Origin: Octopus vulgaris
Lineage: Eukaryota
Direction of reading: 5' to 3'
Length of the DNA stretch: 64,000 nt
Assembly (NCBI GenBank): GCA_951406725.2
Contig: OX597839.1
Span: 11,222,001 to 11,286,000, forward strand
Shown here: piece by piece, positions 25,490 through 38,035 of the stretch
Layout of the letters: every line of letters starts with the position of its first letter
Position numbering within the stretch: the first letter of the stretch is position 1
Notes under the pieces: generated by a model
The model's database searches: none
The model's input: the letters and a program-made list of their open reading frames with translations, nothing else
What the model was told of the DNA's origin: nothing
Program-made: the position numbers and the translations under genes

Positions 25490-26130
25490 GTATGATCAGA
25501 GACATTTTAACTGTGATTTATCCTATCTTCTTAGGTATCTGTTTCAAATTTTGGTACAAAGCCGGCAATTTCAAGGGGGCTAAGTCAATTACATCAACCC
25601 CAATGTTCAGTTGGTACTTATTTTATTGACTTCCAAAATGGATGAAAAGCTATGATCTGAGACATTTTAACTGTGATTTATCCTATCTTCTTAGATATTG
25701 GTTTCAAATTTTGGTACAAAGCCGGCAATTTCAAGGGGGCTAAGTCAATTACATCAACCCCAATGTTCAGTTGGTACTTATTTTATTGACTTCCAAAATG
25801 GATGAAAAGCTATGATCTGAGACATTTTAACTGTGATTTATCCTATCTTCTTAGATATTGGTTTCAAATTTTGGTACAAAGCCGGCAATTTCAAGGGGGC
25901 TAAGTCAATTACATCAACCCCAATGTTCAGTTGGTACTTATTTTATTGACTCCCAAAATGGATGAAAAGCTATGATCTGAGACATTTTAACTGTGATTTA
26001 TCCTATCTTCTTAGATATTGGTTTCAAATTTTGGTACAAAGCCGGCAATTTCAAGGGGGCTAAGTCAATTACATCAACCCCAATGTTCAGTTGGTACTTA
26101 TTTTATTGACTCCCAAAATGGATGAAAAGC
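25490..26130. repeat. Tandem array, 160-bp unit x4
   Basis: GACATTTTAA recurs at 25501, 25661, 25821 and 25981; copies nearly identical. Confidence 0.97.
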
Positions 26131-26225
26131 AAAGTCAACCTTGGTGGAACTCAGAACATAAAAGTGGACAAAATACTGCTAAACATTTTGCTTGTTGTGT
26201 TAACAATTCTGCCAGTTCAACACCC
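26020..26225 (-). mobile_element. SINE family B variant whose 3' half is amplified in the array
   Basis: B body and head on minus strand; flanking direct repeat TCTTCTTAGATATT. Confidence 0.75.
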
Positions 26226-26710
26226 TATCGTCTTCTTAGATATTAAGTGTAACCAAGCCCACCAGATCCATGGTCCTTGTTCTGTTCTTCTATTTTAATT
26301 TCTTGTGTGTGATTTGAGACAGATTTTAACTGCTTTCTCTGGCAGGTCGTGTGACCCCTGTAAAAATCTTCCTTTTGATTTAGCTATTTATATTGATGAT
26401 ATTCCCTAATGTATTGTTGTGGTGTAGTCAATCGTAAGAGGTTATTTAGGCATATCTAGTTATAAGTGGGTTGTGAGGAGCTCTTTGTTGAAACATGAGA
26501 ACACTTCCAGTTTGCATCCATTCTGAAATATACAATTAAGCCATATACATTAAGCCATACCAGTCAGTACTACCCTCTTTATGAATCACATTAGTACCCT
26601 TTCACCCAAGCCACATTGATATCCTCATCAATTTAGGTACAATACTAGGTTTGTACCTAAGTTGTTTAGACACTGTGTGTTCAGTGTTTGTCTTATTCAT
26701 GTATCGAATA

Positions 26711-27106
26711 TCTTTATATATAAAAGTCAAGTTGTGTGTCTGTCTCCTACGATTTAGATTCCTAACTACTCCCACATTTTGCAGTGCAGTTTAACCAAAA
26801 CCGGGTATCTTATAGTCATGATTCATATCGAGCCCTTCTGGGTATTAGCACGCGTCTACGATGAGTCTACGATTTTAAAAAATTTACCATAATTTTTTTC
26901 CATTTTAATGCATTTTTTCGCTATTATATAAGGGAAGTAACTCTCTAAAAATGTCTACGATGAGTCAACGATTTAAAAAAAAATTTACCATCATTTTCTC
27001 CCCATTTTTAATGCATTTTTTTGCTAGTTTTTGGCTATAACTCTCTAAAAATGCTTATATAGTTATTTTCCTTACAAACCCGAGCAACGCCGGGCGATAC
27101 TGCTAG
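26711..27106 (+). mobile_element. Non-autonomous Helitron
   Basis: A|TC 5' end (TCTTTATATATAAAA), subterminal hairpin CCCGAGCAACGCCGGG at 27079-27094, CTAG|T 3' end, no TSD, internal ~99-bp duplication. Confidence 0.85.
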
Positions 27107-27171
27107 TTGCACATATTCCTGTTGGACTGTATTAACATTACATCTGTTGATGTATGAGCAAGTTATTATTA

Positions 27172-27550
27172 TTAACCCTTTCGTTACTCTATTTCTGTTG
27201 AGCTGTGTTTCTTTCAATTACTTTAAATATAACAAAGAATTTAGTAAAATAACTTGGTTATCGTTAAGCTAGTGTTGTGAACATAAATTGTGACCAATGT
27301 TTGGTGGAAGATTTTAATTCAAAACTTATGAAAACAAGACATTTGTTACCATATTTCTGTTGAGATGCTCTGTGTTTCTTTCAATTAATTTTAAATATAA
27401 CAAAGAATTTAGTAAAATAACTTAGTTATCATTCAGCTGGTGTTAGGAACATAAATTGTGACTAAGATTTGAATTCAAAACTTATGAAAACAAGACATTT
27501 GTACTCAGAGCCAGGGCCGGTTTCAGCCGGGTTGGTAACGAATAGGTTAA
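27172..27550. mobile_element. MITE family E with internal ~165-bp duplication
   Basis: TTAA-CCCTTTCGTTAC...GTAACGAATAGG-TTAA; body present twice; opposite orientation to 2405. Confidence 0.85.
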
Positions 27551-28258
27551 AGGCAATAAATAGATTAGTAGGGTCGTTTGTGTCACAAAAATGTCTTCTG
27601 GCCTCCTACATTCTAAGTTCAAATCCCATCAAGGTTTACCTTTCATTCCCCCTTGATCAATAAAATAAAATATCAGTCAAATATTTTGTTTGACTTAATC
27701 CCCACCACCACCACCACCACCACCACTGCTCCCATAAAATTTTCTGGCCTAGTCATTATGTTAGAAACTGTTCCTGTTTTGTTCTTCCAGGGTTGATAAA
27801 ATAAGTACCAGCTGAGCACTGGAATCGATGTAATCGACTTGAGCCCTCCCTTGAAATTGCTGGCCTTGTGCTGAGATTTGAAAGCATTATTATTATAGTC
27901 TTGGGCAGTTTGTTAGCCACTAGATGTGCTTTCTCTGTATTTGGTGGTGGTTGATAATTTTGTTAGATTTCCCAGAGTTTAGCTTGAAGTGCTATTATAT
28001 AAACGAGGACCCTAATGGAAATGTCAAGCCCCCCACCTTCCTTTTTCTCTCTAATAATCTGCTGCTATATAAATTACACGGCAGATCAGTTTCCTCTGGC
28101 AGGAGTAATTTATATGCTGAAATTCCCTTAGCAGCAACTCTCTACAACCTTCATTCTTTATTAGCATGCCGTTGTTGGTGGTTGCAGAAGTGATGTTGTC
28201 ATTGGAGCTGTTAGCATTGGTGTAATGAGGTACTGTTGTGGAACTAAATAGAATGTGT

Positions 28259-28331
28259 AACCGGCTAGCTCAGTCGGAAGAGCACAAGACTCTTAATCTT
28301 GGGGTCGTGGGTTCGAGCCCAACGCTGGGTG
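28259..28331 (+). tRNA. tRNA-Lys(CTT)-like gene or pseudogene
   Basis: 73-nt cloverleaf: D arm GCTC/GAGC, anticodon arm CAAGA-CT-CTT-AA-TCTTG, T loop TTCGAGC; mismatches in acceptor and T stems; TTTTT at 28339-28343. Confidence 0.8.
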
Positions 28332-28343
28332 CAACGTATTTTT

Positions 28344-28403
28344 AAAAGGCGGTGCTCCAGCATGGCCACCGCAGTCAAATGACTGAAACAAGTAAAAGGG
28401 TAA
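28344..28403 (+). mobile_element. Isolated family A / CR1-type 3' tail directly after the tRNA
   Basis: AAAAGGCGGTGCTCCAGCATGGCCACCGCAGTCAAATGACTGAAACAAGTAAAAG. Confidence 0.9.
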
Positions 28404-28732
28404 GTGGACATAGAATACTAAATTAACCCAGCTGATGTCTTGTGAGTTCAAATACAGGCGAGTCTTGTTATTCTGGGAATTTGTTGTTGAAATTAAATCA
28501 TGATTGAGACCCTCTGAGCATGAACAGTTTCCGTGAATTGTGTATAAGTATAGCTAAGTAAACCAGAGGATTGAGTCTATGTCAAGATTTTTATTCATTG
28601 ATATTTTGGATGGTGAACCTTGATCATTGTGACGGATAAGAAAACAGATTTCAAGATGGGAATGCTCTGGCTTCATATACAGAGTATGCATGCAAGTGTG
28701 TGCACGTTCATGTGTGCATGTACACACACACA

Positions 28733-28778
<46 letters not shown>

Positions 28779-28942
28779 AAGATGACTTTACACATTCTAC
28801 CACAAACAGTTTTTTTACTATTTTCATAAAAAATGACATACATATACAGACTCTCTCTCTCTCACTTTGAGTGTGTGCTTATTTACACACACACACGTAT
28901 GGCTGCACGGAAGGCATAGGTATTACTTGGTAGAAGACACAA

Positions 28943-29133
28943 GTATAGCTGCATGGTTAAAAGGCTTGTTTTCCATGGTTTCAGGTTCAGTCCCACTGTG
29001 TGGCACAAGTACCAGGCTTTAAAAAAAAATTGAATAAAACAAGTACAAGAGTGAATTTGTTTGACTAAACCCTTCAAGGCAGTACCCCAGCATGGCCACA
29101 GTCCAATGACTTAAACAAGTAAAAGATAAAAGA
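28943..29133 (+). mobile_element. SINE family A, internally deleted
   Basis: Head GGTTCAGTCCCACTGTGTGGCAC joined at AAGTAC to the 3' region. Confidence 0.75.
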
Positions 29134-29814
29134 TGGACCTTTAACATCTAGTCTGACCTATCAACTTATGGCTCCACTGATCCTAACTCTCTCTATTTGT
29201 AATGAATCTAATCATATATTTCTTATATTGACTGAATACAGACAATATTTATGGTAACTAGCTTGTTAATGTTTAGGCTTAAAGGATACAGCTCTGCTTG
29301 TGCGACTTGGAGAAGTTACAAGCAGTGAAGCATAAGTGAAGAGTTACAAAACTATAAAAAGAAAAGAATGTCTGTTTTATCAAAGGGCTGTAAAGTATAG
29401 AAAAGCACTAAAATATATAAATACTTTGAAAGAAAATCAGGAACATCTTTGTTTAAACAGTTCAAAAATCAACTGTAAAACTCAGATTGAACATCTAAAG
29501 GAACTTAAATGATTATATTAAACAAAATAAATTTAATTACATACGTAACCCTTCCTTTTGGGGATTAAAATGTTGGAATATAAAACTGAAGTGGACGTAG
29601 CTTGAAAGATTATATTAAATGGAACATAAAAATTATATTGTAAAAGGGTGAAAAGTTTATCTCAACAGAATTTATTAAAGAAACATTATTTGTTGAGGTT
29701 AAATAAAAAAAAATATCCAAATCCAAAATTGATTAACATCTTGTTCTTATAAACAGAATTGATTGTATGGTGTTCGCCCACCATCATAGAAGCCTTTAAG
29801 TTTAATTAATTTTC

Positions 29815-30217
29815 ACTGTGTGGGAAGAAGTGTTCTTCCCAACCACATGGTTCTGGGTTCAATCCCATCATGTGGCACCTTGAGTAAGTTTCTTCTACTA
29901 TAGCTCTGGGCCCACCAAAACCTTGTGAGTGGATTTGGTAGATGGAAACTGAAAGGAACACATTGTGTGTGTGTGTCTTACTGTCTCCTCACCATGACAT
30001 CAAATGACAGCTGTAAACAAATGTTACCATCATGCAAACACTTTCATTCATTTCCAATCTTATGTAAAAAACATGTCTGGGCACAAGGAAATGGTACCTT
30101 GCTTAGAAACAGGTGAAAGTTGGCTATAGTAAGGGCATACAGCTATAGAAAAATCCTCAACAAAATTCTGTCCAACCTATGTAAGCATGGAAAAGTGACC
30201 ATTAAAATGATGATGAT
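29815..30217 (+). mobile_element. SINE with family A head and family C-type (GAT)n tail
   Basis: A 5' half to GGAAACTGAAAG, a different middle, then AAGGGCATACAGC...GTCCAACCTATGTAAGCATGGAAAAG...TTAAAATGATGATGA. Confidence 0.7.
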
Positions 30218-30596
30218 ATAAACAGCCTACTTAATGTCTGTAAAACTGGAAATTTTAATGCATCATTTTACAATTAACTGTCTCTGATTTTAGTTACTTG
30301 TGACTCCATGACTCCAACTCCAGTAAGATCACCAGGGTTTGGAATTTAGTTTTTATAATACTACTGGACCATTTAACAATACTTTACCAAAAGAAAATTT
30401 CTCTTTCAAATATTCATCATCATCAATACCACCACCACCACCACCACCACCATTTTTATGTTGGATTTTTTTTCATACTGTTATGGTTTGAATAAGACTT
30501 TTTGAGGTAGTGGTCTATAACCAGATGCCCTTACTTTCTGCAACCTTTGTGATCTTTTCAAGTATAGTATTTTTTAATGTTTTATTTCACTAGTTT

Positions 30597-30825
30597 TTAA
30601 CCCTTTAGCATTTAAACTGGCCATATCCTGCCAAAAGTATTCTGTCTGTTTTATGTTCAAACTGGCCAGATCTGGTCTCTCAGACCAACCCTACAATATT
30701 CTTTTAAAAATTAACAGCTACCTCATCAAAATCTCAAAGCTACAAGATAATGCATGATTAGTTCAAGGCAATGTGGATGAAAAAGGATTAATTTTGGCAG
30801 AATAATGTGAACACTAAAGAGTTAA
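30597..30825. mobile_element. MITE family F
   Basis: TTAA-CCCTTTAGCATT...AACACTAAAGAG-TTAA. Confidence 0.85.
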
Positions 30826-31194
30826 ATATCAAAATTGACAAAACTATCATGCTCTGAGACATGTTGATTCTAGAGCTCTTGCTCAAAGACTATGGGTGTG
30901 GAAGATGTAAGGGAAATAGATACACTTCCCCATTCTCTCTATGTCACATGTAGGCACATGTGCACACACACACACACACATTTTCAGTTCACGGCATAAC
31001 TATATCTAGAGTCTTCAATTGTTTGATTGAACAAGGGACAACTACTTTGCTTGGAAATGGGTGAGGGTTGGGAAGGTAGTCAACTACATTGGCCCCAATA
31101 CTTCTTTGGCACTTTGATCCCAATGAGGATCCTCTATGTGGTCATTTGACCTATTAGAAATTGCAGCTAATCTCCCTCTAAGCACACCTTATCT

Positions 31195-31299
31195 TTTATC
31201 GACCCTAAAAGGATGACAGATAAGGCTGACTGTGGCAAAATTTGAACTTGAAACATAGCAATTTGTCTGGCATGCTAATGATTCTGCCAGCTTGCCACC

Positions 31300-31344
<45 letters not shown>

Positions 31345-31539
31345 GAGTCAAATTTTGGCAGAGGAACAGCAGTTTTATGGGGGTGGAAGTGGGAATTTGA
31401 TTACATCAACCCCACTACTTGACTGGTGCCTATTTTATTGCCCCCATAAGGATGAAAGGCAAAGTCATCTTGGTGGAATTTGAACTCAGAATGTAAAGTC
31501 AAATGAAATATCTCTAAGCAGTTTTTTCAACCTGCTCAC

Positions 31540-31545
<6 letters not shown>
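31195..31545 (-). mobile_element. Two diverged SINE B copies, each followed by (TAA)n
   Basis: GGATGAAAGGCAAAGTC...GGAATTTGAACTCAG motifs. Confidence 0.7.
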
Positions 31546-31579
<34 letters not shown>

Positions 31580-32694
31580 TCTGAAAAAAAGATACAAGTT
31601 CTGTATAACATTGATTGGAAAGGACTTTTGTAAAACTAACATATTGGCTTTTAATAACAAACAAAACTAGTTTAATAGCAAAAATATTTAAAAGTATAGA
31701 GTGTAAACAGAAATGAAGATTTTTTTCTTTGTTCTACATTTCATTCTAGATCTTTTTATTTTATTGTATCTATTTTTGCCCTTTTTGGTGCCATTAGAAA
31801 AATGAGTTCATCTGTCAAGACAAATTAAGGATATGATTCCATCTGTCCATTTGTCATGTCCAGAATAATGTAAAGATGGCATCGAATTGAGTGACAAGTC
31901 AATGTCATTGTGGAGGTGTAAACACTCTTCTTAATAAATAAACATGATTTTACTATCTAACTTGTGTGTAAGTGTTGTTTTAAAAACATTATATATTGCT
32001 CCGTGCCAGGGAAAATTGAAGTGGCTAATTTTGTGGAGAATATTGGACAAACCCTTTAGTATTTTGTTATAAGTACATTTATGTTTTTTATTATTATTAT
32101 TATTATTATTTGTGGTGGTGGTGGTAGATATGCATACTGTATTCAAAATCTCAATACTTATAAACATAAGCATACACTCACACACACTCACTTTCTCTCA
32201 CAATGAACTGAGTGACAAACCAATAAGGGATCCTTTATGTGGTCATTTGACCTGCTAGAAATCACAGCTAATCTCGCTCAGAACACACCCTCTTTTTTTG
32301 TTGTTTTGATAGATACAAGGACACGTTGCTGAGCACCAAAGTGCTGGCCTTAGACCAAAATTTGGAATCGATATTACATGATTTACAGTGTTCTTTCTGA
32401 TTTCTTCTAGAAGTATGAGGGTTCGTTGAATTGAGCTTAGTATATGACTGGTACTTTATTTGTTGACCTCGACAATACCACTATTACACTGTATCTGCCA
32501 TTTCTTGCCCCTTGTGTTATGCTGATGTTAGCAGCTGTAGAGTTATTTCATCTTCTCAATATGGCAGCTCTGATCTCTGGTTAGGCAAGCTCTTGGAATC
32601 ATATTTGTAAGGTTGTGGGTTTCATTTCCTAGACTAAGTGGCATATTGTGTCTCTGAACTGAAAAAGTGAGTACCAGCAGAGGTCATATAACTG

Positions 32695-32771
<77 letters not shown>

Positions 32772-32773
<2 letters not shown>

Positions 32774-33076
32774 GAGGCGCAATAGCCCAGTGGTTAGAGC
32801 AGCGGACTCACGGTCGTTTGATCGCGGTTTCAATTCCCAGACCGGGCGTTGTGAGTGTTTATTGAGCGTAAACACTTAAAGCTCAACGAGGCTCCGGCAG
32901 GGGGTGGTGGCGATCCCTGCTGTACTCTTTCGCCACAACTTTCTCTCACTCTTTCTTCTGTTGGCCTGCTCGCTTAGCCAGTGGGGTGGCATCATTTAAA
33001 GACTAAAAAATAATGTGAAGCGCATTGTGACCAGCGATGTGTAGCAACATCTGATAGCCTGGTCAGTCACGGTGAT
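32772..33076 (+). mobile_element. SINE family D (tail type 3)
   Basis: D head/body, then GTTGGCCTGCTCGCTTAGCC...GTGACCAG...CTGGTCAGTCACGGTGATA; flanked by microsatellites. Confidence 0.85.
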
Positions 33077-34280
33077 ATATATATATATAATTGGCACATC
33101 GAGGATAATCTGCTGAGTCAAGGAGTCAAGAGTGGGCTGAGTTGGAGTAAGAATGTATCTGTTTCTGTGGGTACCTAAAACATGTAATGAAAGCTTGATG
33201 TATGCTACCGAGTATTACTCGCCTGCTCACTTGCTAGCAGCTGACTGTAGATTTAAATTTCCAGACTGCACGGTCAACTGCAGAGTTAAGTTGCTTTGCT
33301 TCTTTAACTTAAAGGGTTAACTGTTGACTTAAGATGCCCCATCATCTCTGGGCTGCGAGTTATATACTCTCGTGTTAAAGTTTTGTGTTATGTTTCTTCA
33401 GAGGAAGATCAGTATCACTAGAAACCATTAAATGATTGCTATTCAGTGAAGTCATCAAGAGACCCTGCTGCCTCTCCTAATATTCCAGCCTTGCTGATGG
33501 ATTTTTCATTTGGTTCTACAAACAAATTATCTACCGTATTGCATAGCAGTGCTACAGTATTAATATATGGGAGGTAAAGAAAGGTGAGACAGGGCGAGGC
33601 GGGGGGCAGGGAAAGATAGGTGGTGGCTAGAACTACACCGCAACACTGAGGCACTGTTGGTTTATCTTACTTATATCTATTGTTGCTTTTTCACTCCAAC
33701 CTGGTTTCGAGGCTTTCTCTTGAAGAATCTTCTTACTAATGACTGTAACATACGTCTGCTGTTAAAACAATGCCTGCTGTCTGGCCCCCAGAATTCCCTG
33801 TTCTACTTTATTCCAAATTGGTTTAAATCTTCAGTAAAACATCTAATGTTTATGTTATAACTTACAACCCACCTCCCTTCCACCCCCGCCCCCCCGGGTT
33901 ACACGTCCATTTCGTTACAGAGACATCGGCTTACACTGTCTGTCTTCTACATCCAAGCCATCCAGCTGCATCTTGTCACATTTATGGCTGCTGTGAACAG
34001 AATCTATTAACTCTAGTTAATGATATACAGTTAGACCTGCAATTACCATCTCACCATCATCATCTTACCCACGTCTTATGTGATGAGGATGATGGATTGC
34101 CATAGGAATGGTCAAGCCATCATACATGATTTGAAGCAGTTGGCTGTATATTCGACTGCTCGGAGTTCATATACAATCAGGACCATCTCAGCTTTCCATT
34201 ATTGCAGGTTATGTAAAATAAGTTGCTCTGTGTGTGTGTGTGTGTGTGTTGCCATGTGCTAATATTACAAATTATTATTA

Positions 34281-34315
<35 letters not shown>

Positions 34316-34347
34316 ATCATCATCATCATCATTATTACTACTACTAG

Positions 34348-34672
34348 GGAAGGCACATGGCTCAGTGGTAAGAGCATCAGGCTCACAATCACGCAGCAGT
34401 GAGTTCAATTCCCAGATCAGGCTGCATGTTGTGTTCTTGATTGAGCAAGACACTTTGTTTCACGTTGCTCCAGTTCACTCAGCTGCAGAAATGAGTTGCA
34501 ACAGTCACTGGTGCCAAGCTTTATCAACCTCTGCCTTTCCCTTGGATAACATCAGTGGTGAGGAGAGGGGAGGCTGGTATATATGGGCAACTGTTGGTCT
34601 TCCATAAACAACCTTGCCTGGACTTGCGCCTCAAGCAGTAACCTTCTAGGTGCAATCCCATGGTCTCTCATG
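34348..34672 (+). mobile_element. SINE family G (tRNA head)
   Basis: TGGCTCAGTGG A box, GAGTTCAATTCC B box, TTGAGCAAGACAC...CAGTTCACTCAGCTG body. Confidence 0.75.
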
Positions 34673-36083
34673 TGCTTTCAGAGAGTTGTAGCTGTAATTT
34701 CTAGTAGGTTATGTGATTACATAGTAGCACTGTGACTGGTCTGAGAGACACCGAAGGAAAGATGGTTACTATGTCTCATAGGTTGTGTGACTACATAAAG
34801 GTATTGTTGTAAGTGTGAGCATCATCAGGAGAGATACCACAGCTATTTCTAGTAGGTTGTGTGATTTCCAGTGGCATTTCCCCTGTGTTGTGTTGGTTTT
34901 AGTCACCTATAAGGGCAGAGCAATGCAAGAGCTGGTAAGTGACTTACTGCTGTGTATGCCATTCAAACACAACTTGTGTAGGTCAACCCACCATAGACAC
35001 CGGATGCCTCCCTGAAGGTTTTCCCTCTCTCAACTGATGCAGGACTGAGGTGGATGGCATGAGCAAGTCAAAAACGTCTCAGCAAGGTTGACCAGATGAT
35101 GATGAAAACTTTGTCCATACACACATCTGTTGAGAATAATTCCGTTCTGGATGGGCAAGGCACTTAATTCTACATACTCTGTTTTTACTTATTCTACATA
35201 TTTGTTTCAAGAAGGAATAGTTACCAAAGTATCTCTCTGTTTTTTGGGGTTTTTTTCCCTTCTTAGATTATCTGTAACAAATTAGCACATTACTCAGAGT
35301 GGTGGTGGTGATGGTGGTGACTGCTGTGGTTGAGGGTCTGTTTCTTATCCCTCTCTGCCTGACACTCACAGATTAAATTTAATCCCCAAACTCTTACAGG
35401 AAAAAAGAGGATGGGAGTGTTCACTACTCGCAGATTTAATTTGTGCTTAACAGGGCATCCTGTCACCACCGCCGATCTGTCTTTATCAACTGTAGCTTAA
35501 GCAAATTCTGCTACAACAAATTTTCTATATAACACAGATTAACTAACTGAAAAAAAAATTAAAAAAAACAACAACAACAAAACAAACTATGGCGCAATGT
35601 TATTAAAACCATGTTGTTGTTGTTGTTGTTGTTGCTTGTATCTGCTATTCCCCTCCCCCCTTCAAGTCGTTTCCTCTCCTACATTTTTAATTTAAATCAT
35701 TAATACATTATTGAATTGAAAGAAAAGTGCTTTTGTAACATTTAGGAATACTTAAATTTTACATTTTTTTTTTTTTATCTTTTAAAATATCTTTAAAAAA
35801 TGGTTTTTATATTATTACTTTCGTTTTATTAACAGTGTTCTGGTTGTTGCTATTGTTGGTGGTGGAGTTGGAGGTAGTGGTGTAATTGTTGTTTTTTTTA
35901 AGTATTTTTTTTCTTTCGAAATTTTTCTTTTTTTAATTTTTCTTTCTAACATTGGTCGAGGTGTATGTGTGGTGGGGGAACATAGATTTTTCTTAATCTT
36001 GTTTACTGATTAGTTTTGTAATTCAAAGATTAATTTATTTATCATCATAGCTGCTGCTGCTGTTGTTCTTGTTATTGTTCTTC

Positions 36084-36124
<41 letters not shown>

Positions 36125-36279
36125 TCCTTTACATTGAGAAAAACATGTGAAAGGAAGACTTTGAATGGTTTATCTTTTGAATGTTTAGTTTTGTGCGTGT
36201 GTATATTGGAGTGGGGGGGCTCGTTTTTGTCGCCATCTTCTCCCCCTCTCACCGCTACTTTTTGTGCTTCATATGTGTA

Positions 36280-36282
36280 AGC

Positions 36283-36313
<31 letters not shown>

Positions 36314-36470
36314 TATGCAAATATAATATTGTAATGTGTGCGTGTGTGTATATATGCATGCATATGCATATATATTCATGTGTATATATACGTGTGTGTA
36401 TATATAATAAATATATATTTGTGTGTATATATGTATATATATAAAATATATATGTATATGTGTATATATA

Positions 36471-36509
<39 letters not shown>

Positions 36510-36680
36510 ATATATATATATATATAATTTGTGCATGTGTAAAAAAACCAGCAAACATTAACTGAATAGAGGATTCAGTACAAGTGTGGCATCTGATAAT
36601 AGGTATGTATATGTGTGTATGTATGTATATATACATACACACACACACACACATATATATATGTATGTATATATACATAT

Positions 36681-36728
<48 letters not shown>

Positions 36729-36930
36729 ATATACATATACACACATGTATGTATATATACACACATACACACACACACACGCAAACATCCTTATGTGTAT
36801 ATGTATGTGTGCATGTTTGTTTAAGTACACATGTATTGTATGTAAGTAAATTTCAAACCAGCAAGGTGCTGTGTGCAATGTATCTGATTGTGCATGCATG
36901 CACACATGCACATGTGTGTGTGTGTGCATT
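36280..36930. repeat. Compound (TG/TA/CA)n microsatellites
   Basis: Direct runs. Confidence 0.9.
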
Positions 36931-37070
36931 CACAGTTGTCGAAAGTCACAATTTGATTAAAATAGTTGACTGTCATGAATTCCTGATGGCTCTTCTTTTC
37001 CTCCTTTGTTTAACCGTAGAGTTTCTTATGTCAATCTGTGGGTTTGTGCTGATTTGTAGATTGTGTTTAG

Positions 37071-37278
37071 GGTGGTGAGCTGGCAGAATAGTTTACTGTG
37101 CCAGCAAAAATGCTTAGCGATATTTGGTTTTTTATATGTTCTGAGTTCAAATTCGGGCCAAGTTCAACTTAGCCTTTCATCCTTTTGGGGTCAATAAATA
37201 AAGTATCAGTTGAGTACTGGGGGTCGATATAATTAATACCCTCTTCCGAAATTGCTGGCCATGTGCTAAAATTTAAAA
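37071..37278 (+). mobile_element. SINE family B variant
   Basis: GGTGGTGAGCTGGCAGAA head, GCCTTTCATCCTTTTGGGGTC body, AAATTGCTGGCC...AAATTT tail. Confidence 0.8.
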
Positions 37279-37811
37279 CTGATATTCTGGACATATTGAT
37301 TTGTGTGTGTGGATATTTTGACTTAGGTTTTCTTGCCTTCTGTGGAGGATAGTTTTTATATTGATAATGAATTTTTTTTTTGTGGGCATAAGGACCTAAG
37401 ACATTGGAGACAATATAGAAGTGAAAAAATATATATATTTAAAGAAGAAAGAAACCTTGGTACTTCTTTTATCGACTGCTCAGCATTTTGCCTTGTGAGC
37501 CAACAATTCTGCCAACTCGCTGACTCAGGAATAATGTTAATAATAATATAATAATAATAATAATCACAATACTTTATTCACCTCTATCTTGGACAAGTGA
37601 AGCTGTTGTACAGGTTTGGTAGTATTGAGCTTACTGTTGTTGTTGTTGTTCATAGATAGAAGTTTGGAGGTCACTTAGTGAAAAATCTTCCTAGAAGTGG
37701 TGGTGGTGGCCAGGTTTACTCATTTGACCTTATTTTCTCAGTACTTGGTTATCAGCCAGAATATAGATGTTCCACTCTGAATATATGGCAGCATGGGAAT
37801 ATAGCAGGGCT

Positions 37812-38035
37812 GTAACCCTTTAGCATTCAGATTACTTTGTCAAGTGTAATGCTTATTGATCCACATTGTTTTGGGTTAGTCATACATTATCTCATAGCTT
37901 CAAAATTTTGATGATGTGACTGTATATTTTCTGAATGACATTGTAGAGTAGATGTGAAAGGCCAGATCTGTCCAGTTTCAACTGGAAACAGAATATTTAG
38001 GCCGGATATGACTGGTTTAACTGCTAAAGTGTTAA
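37812..38035. mobile_element. MITE family F (reverse orientation)
   Basis: CCCTTTAGCATTCAG...TGCTAAAGTG-TTAA. Confidence 0.8.

Noticed and set aside
29278-29800. Possible Kolobok-like element (CTTAAAGG...CCTTTAAG)
   Set aside because: Only 8 nt of inverted match, single copy in window, no recognisable coding remnant
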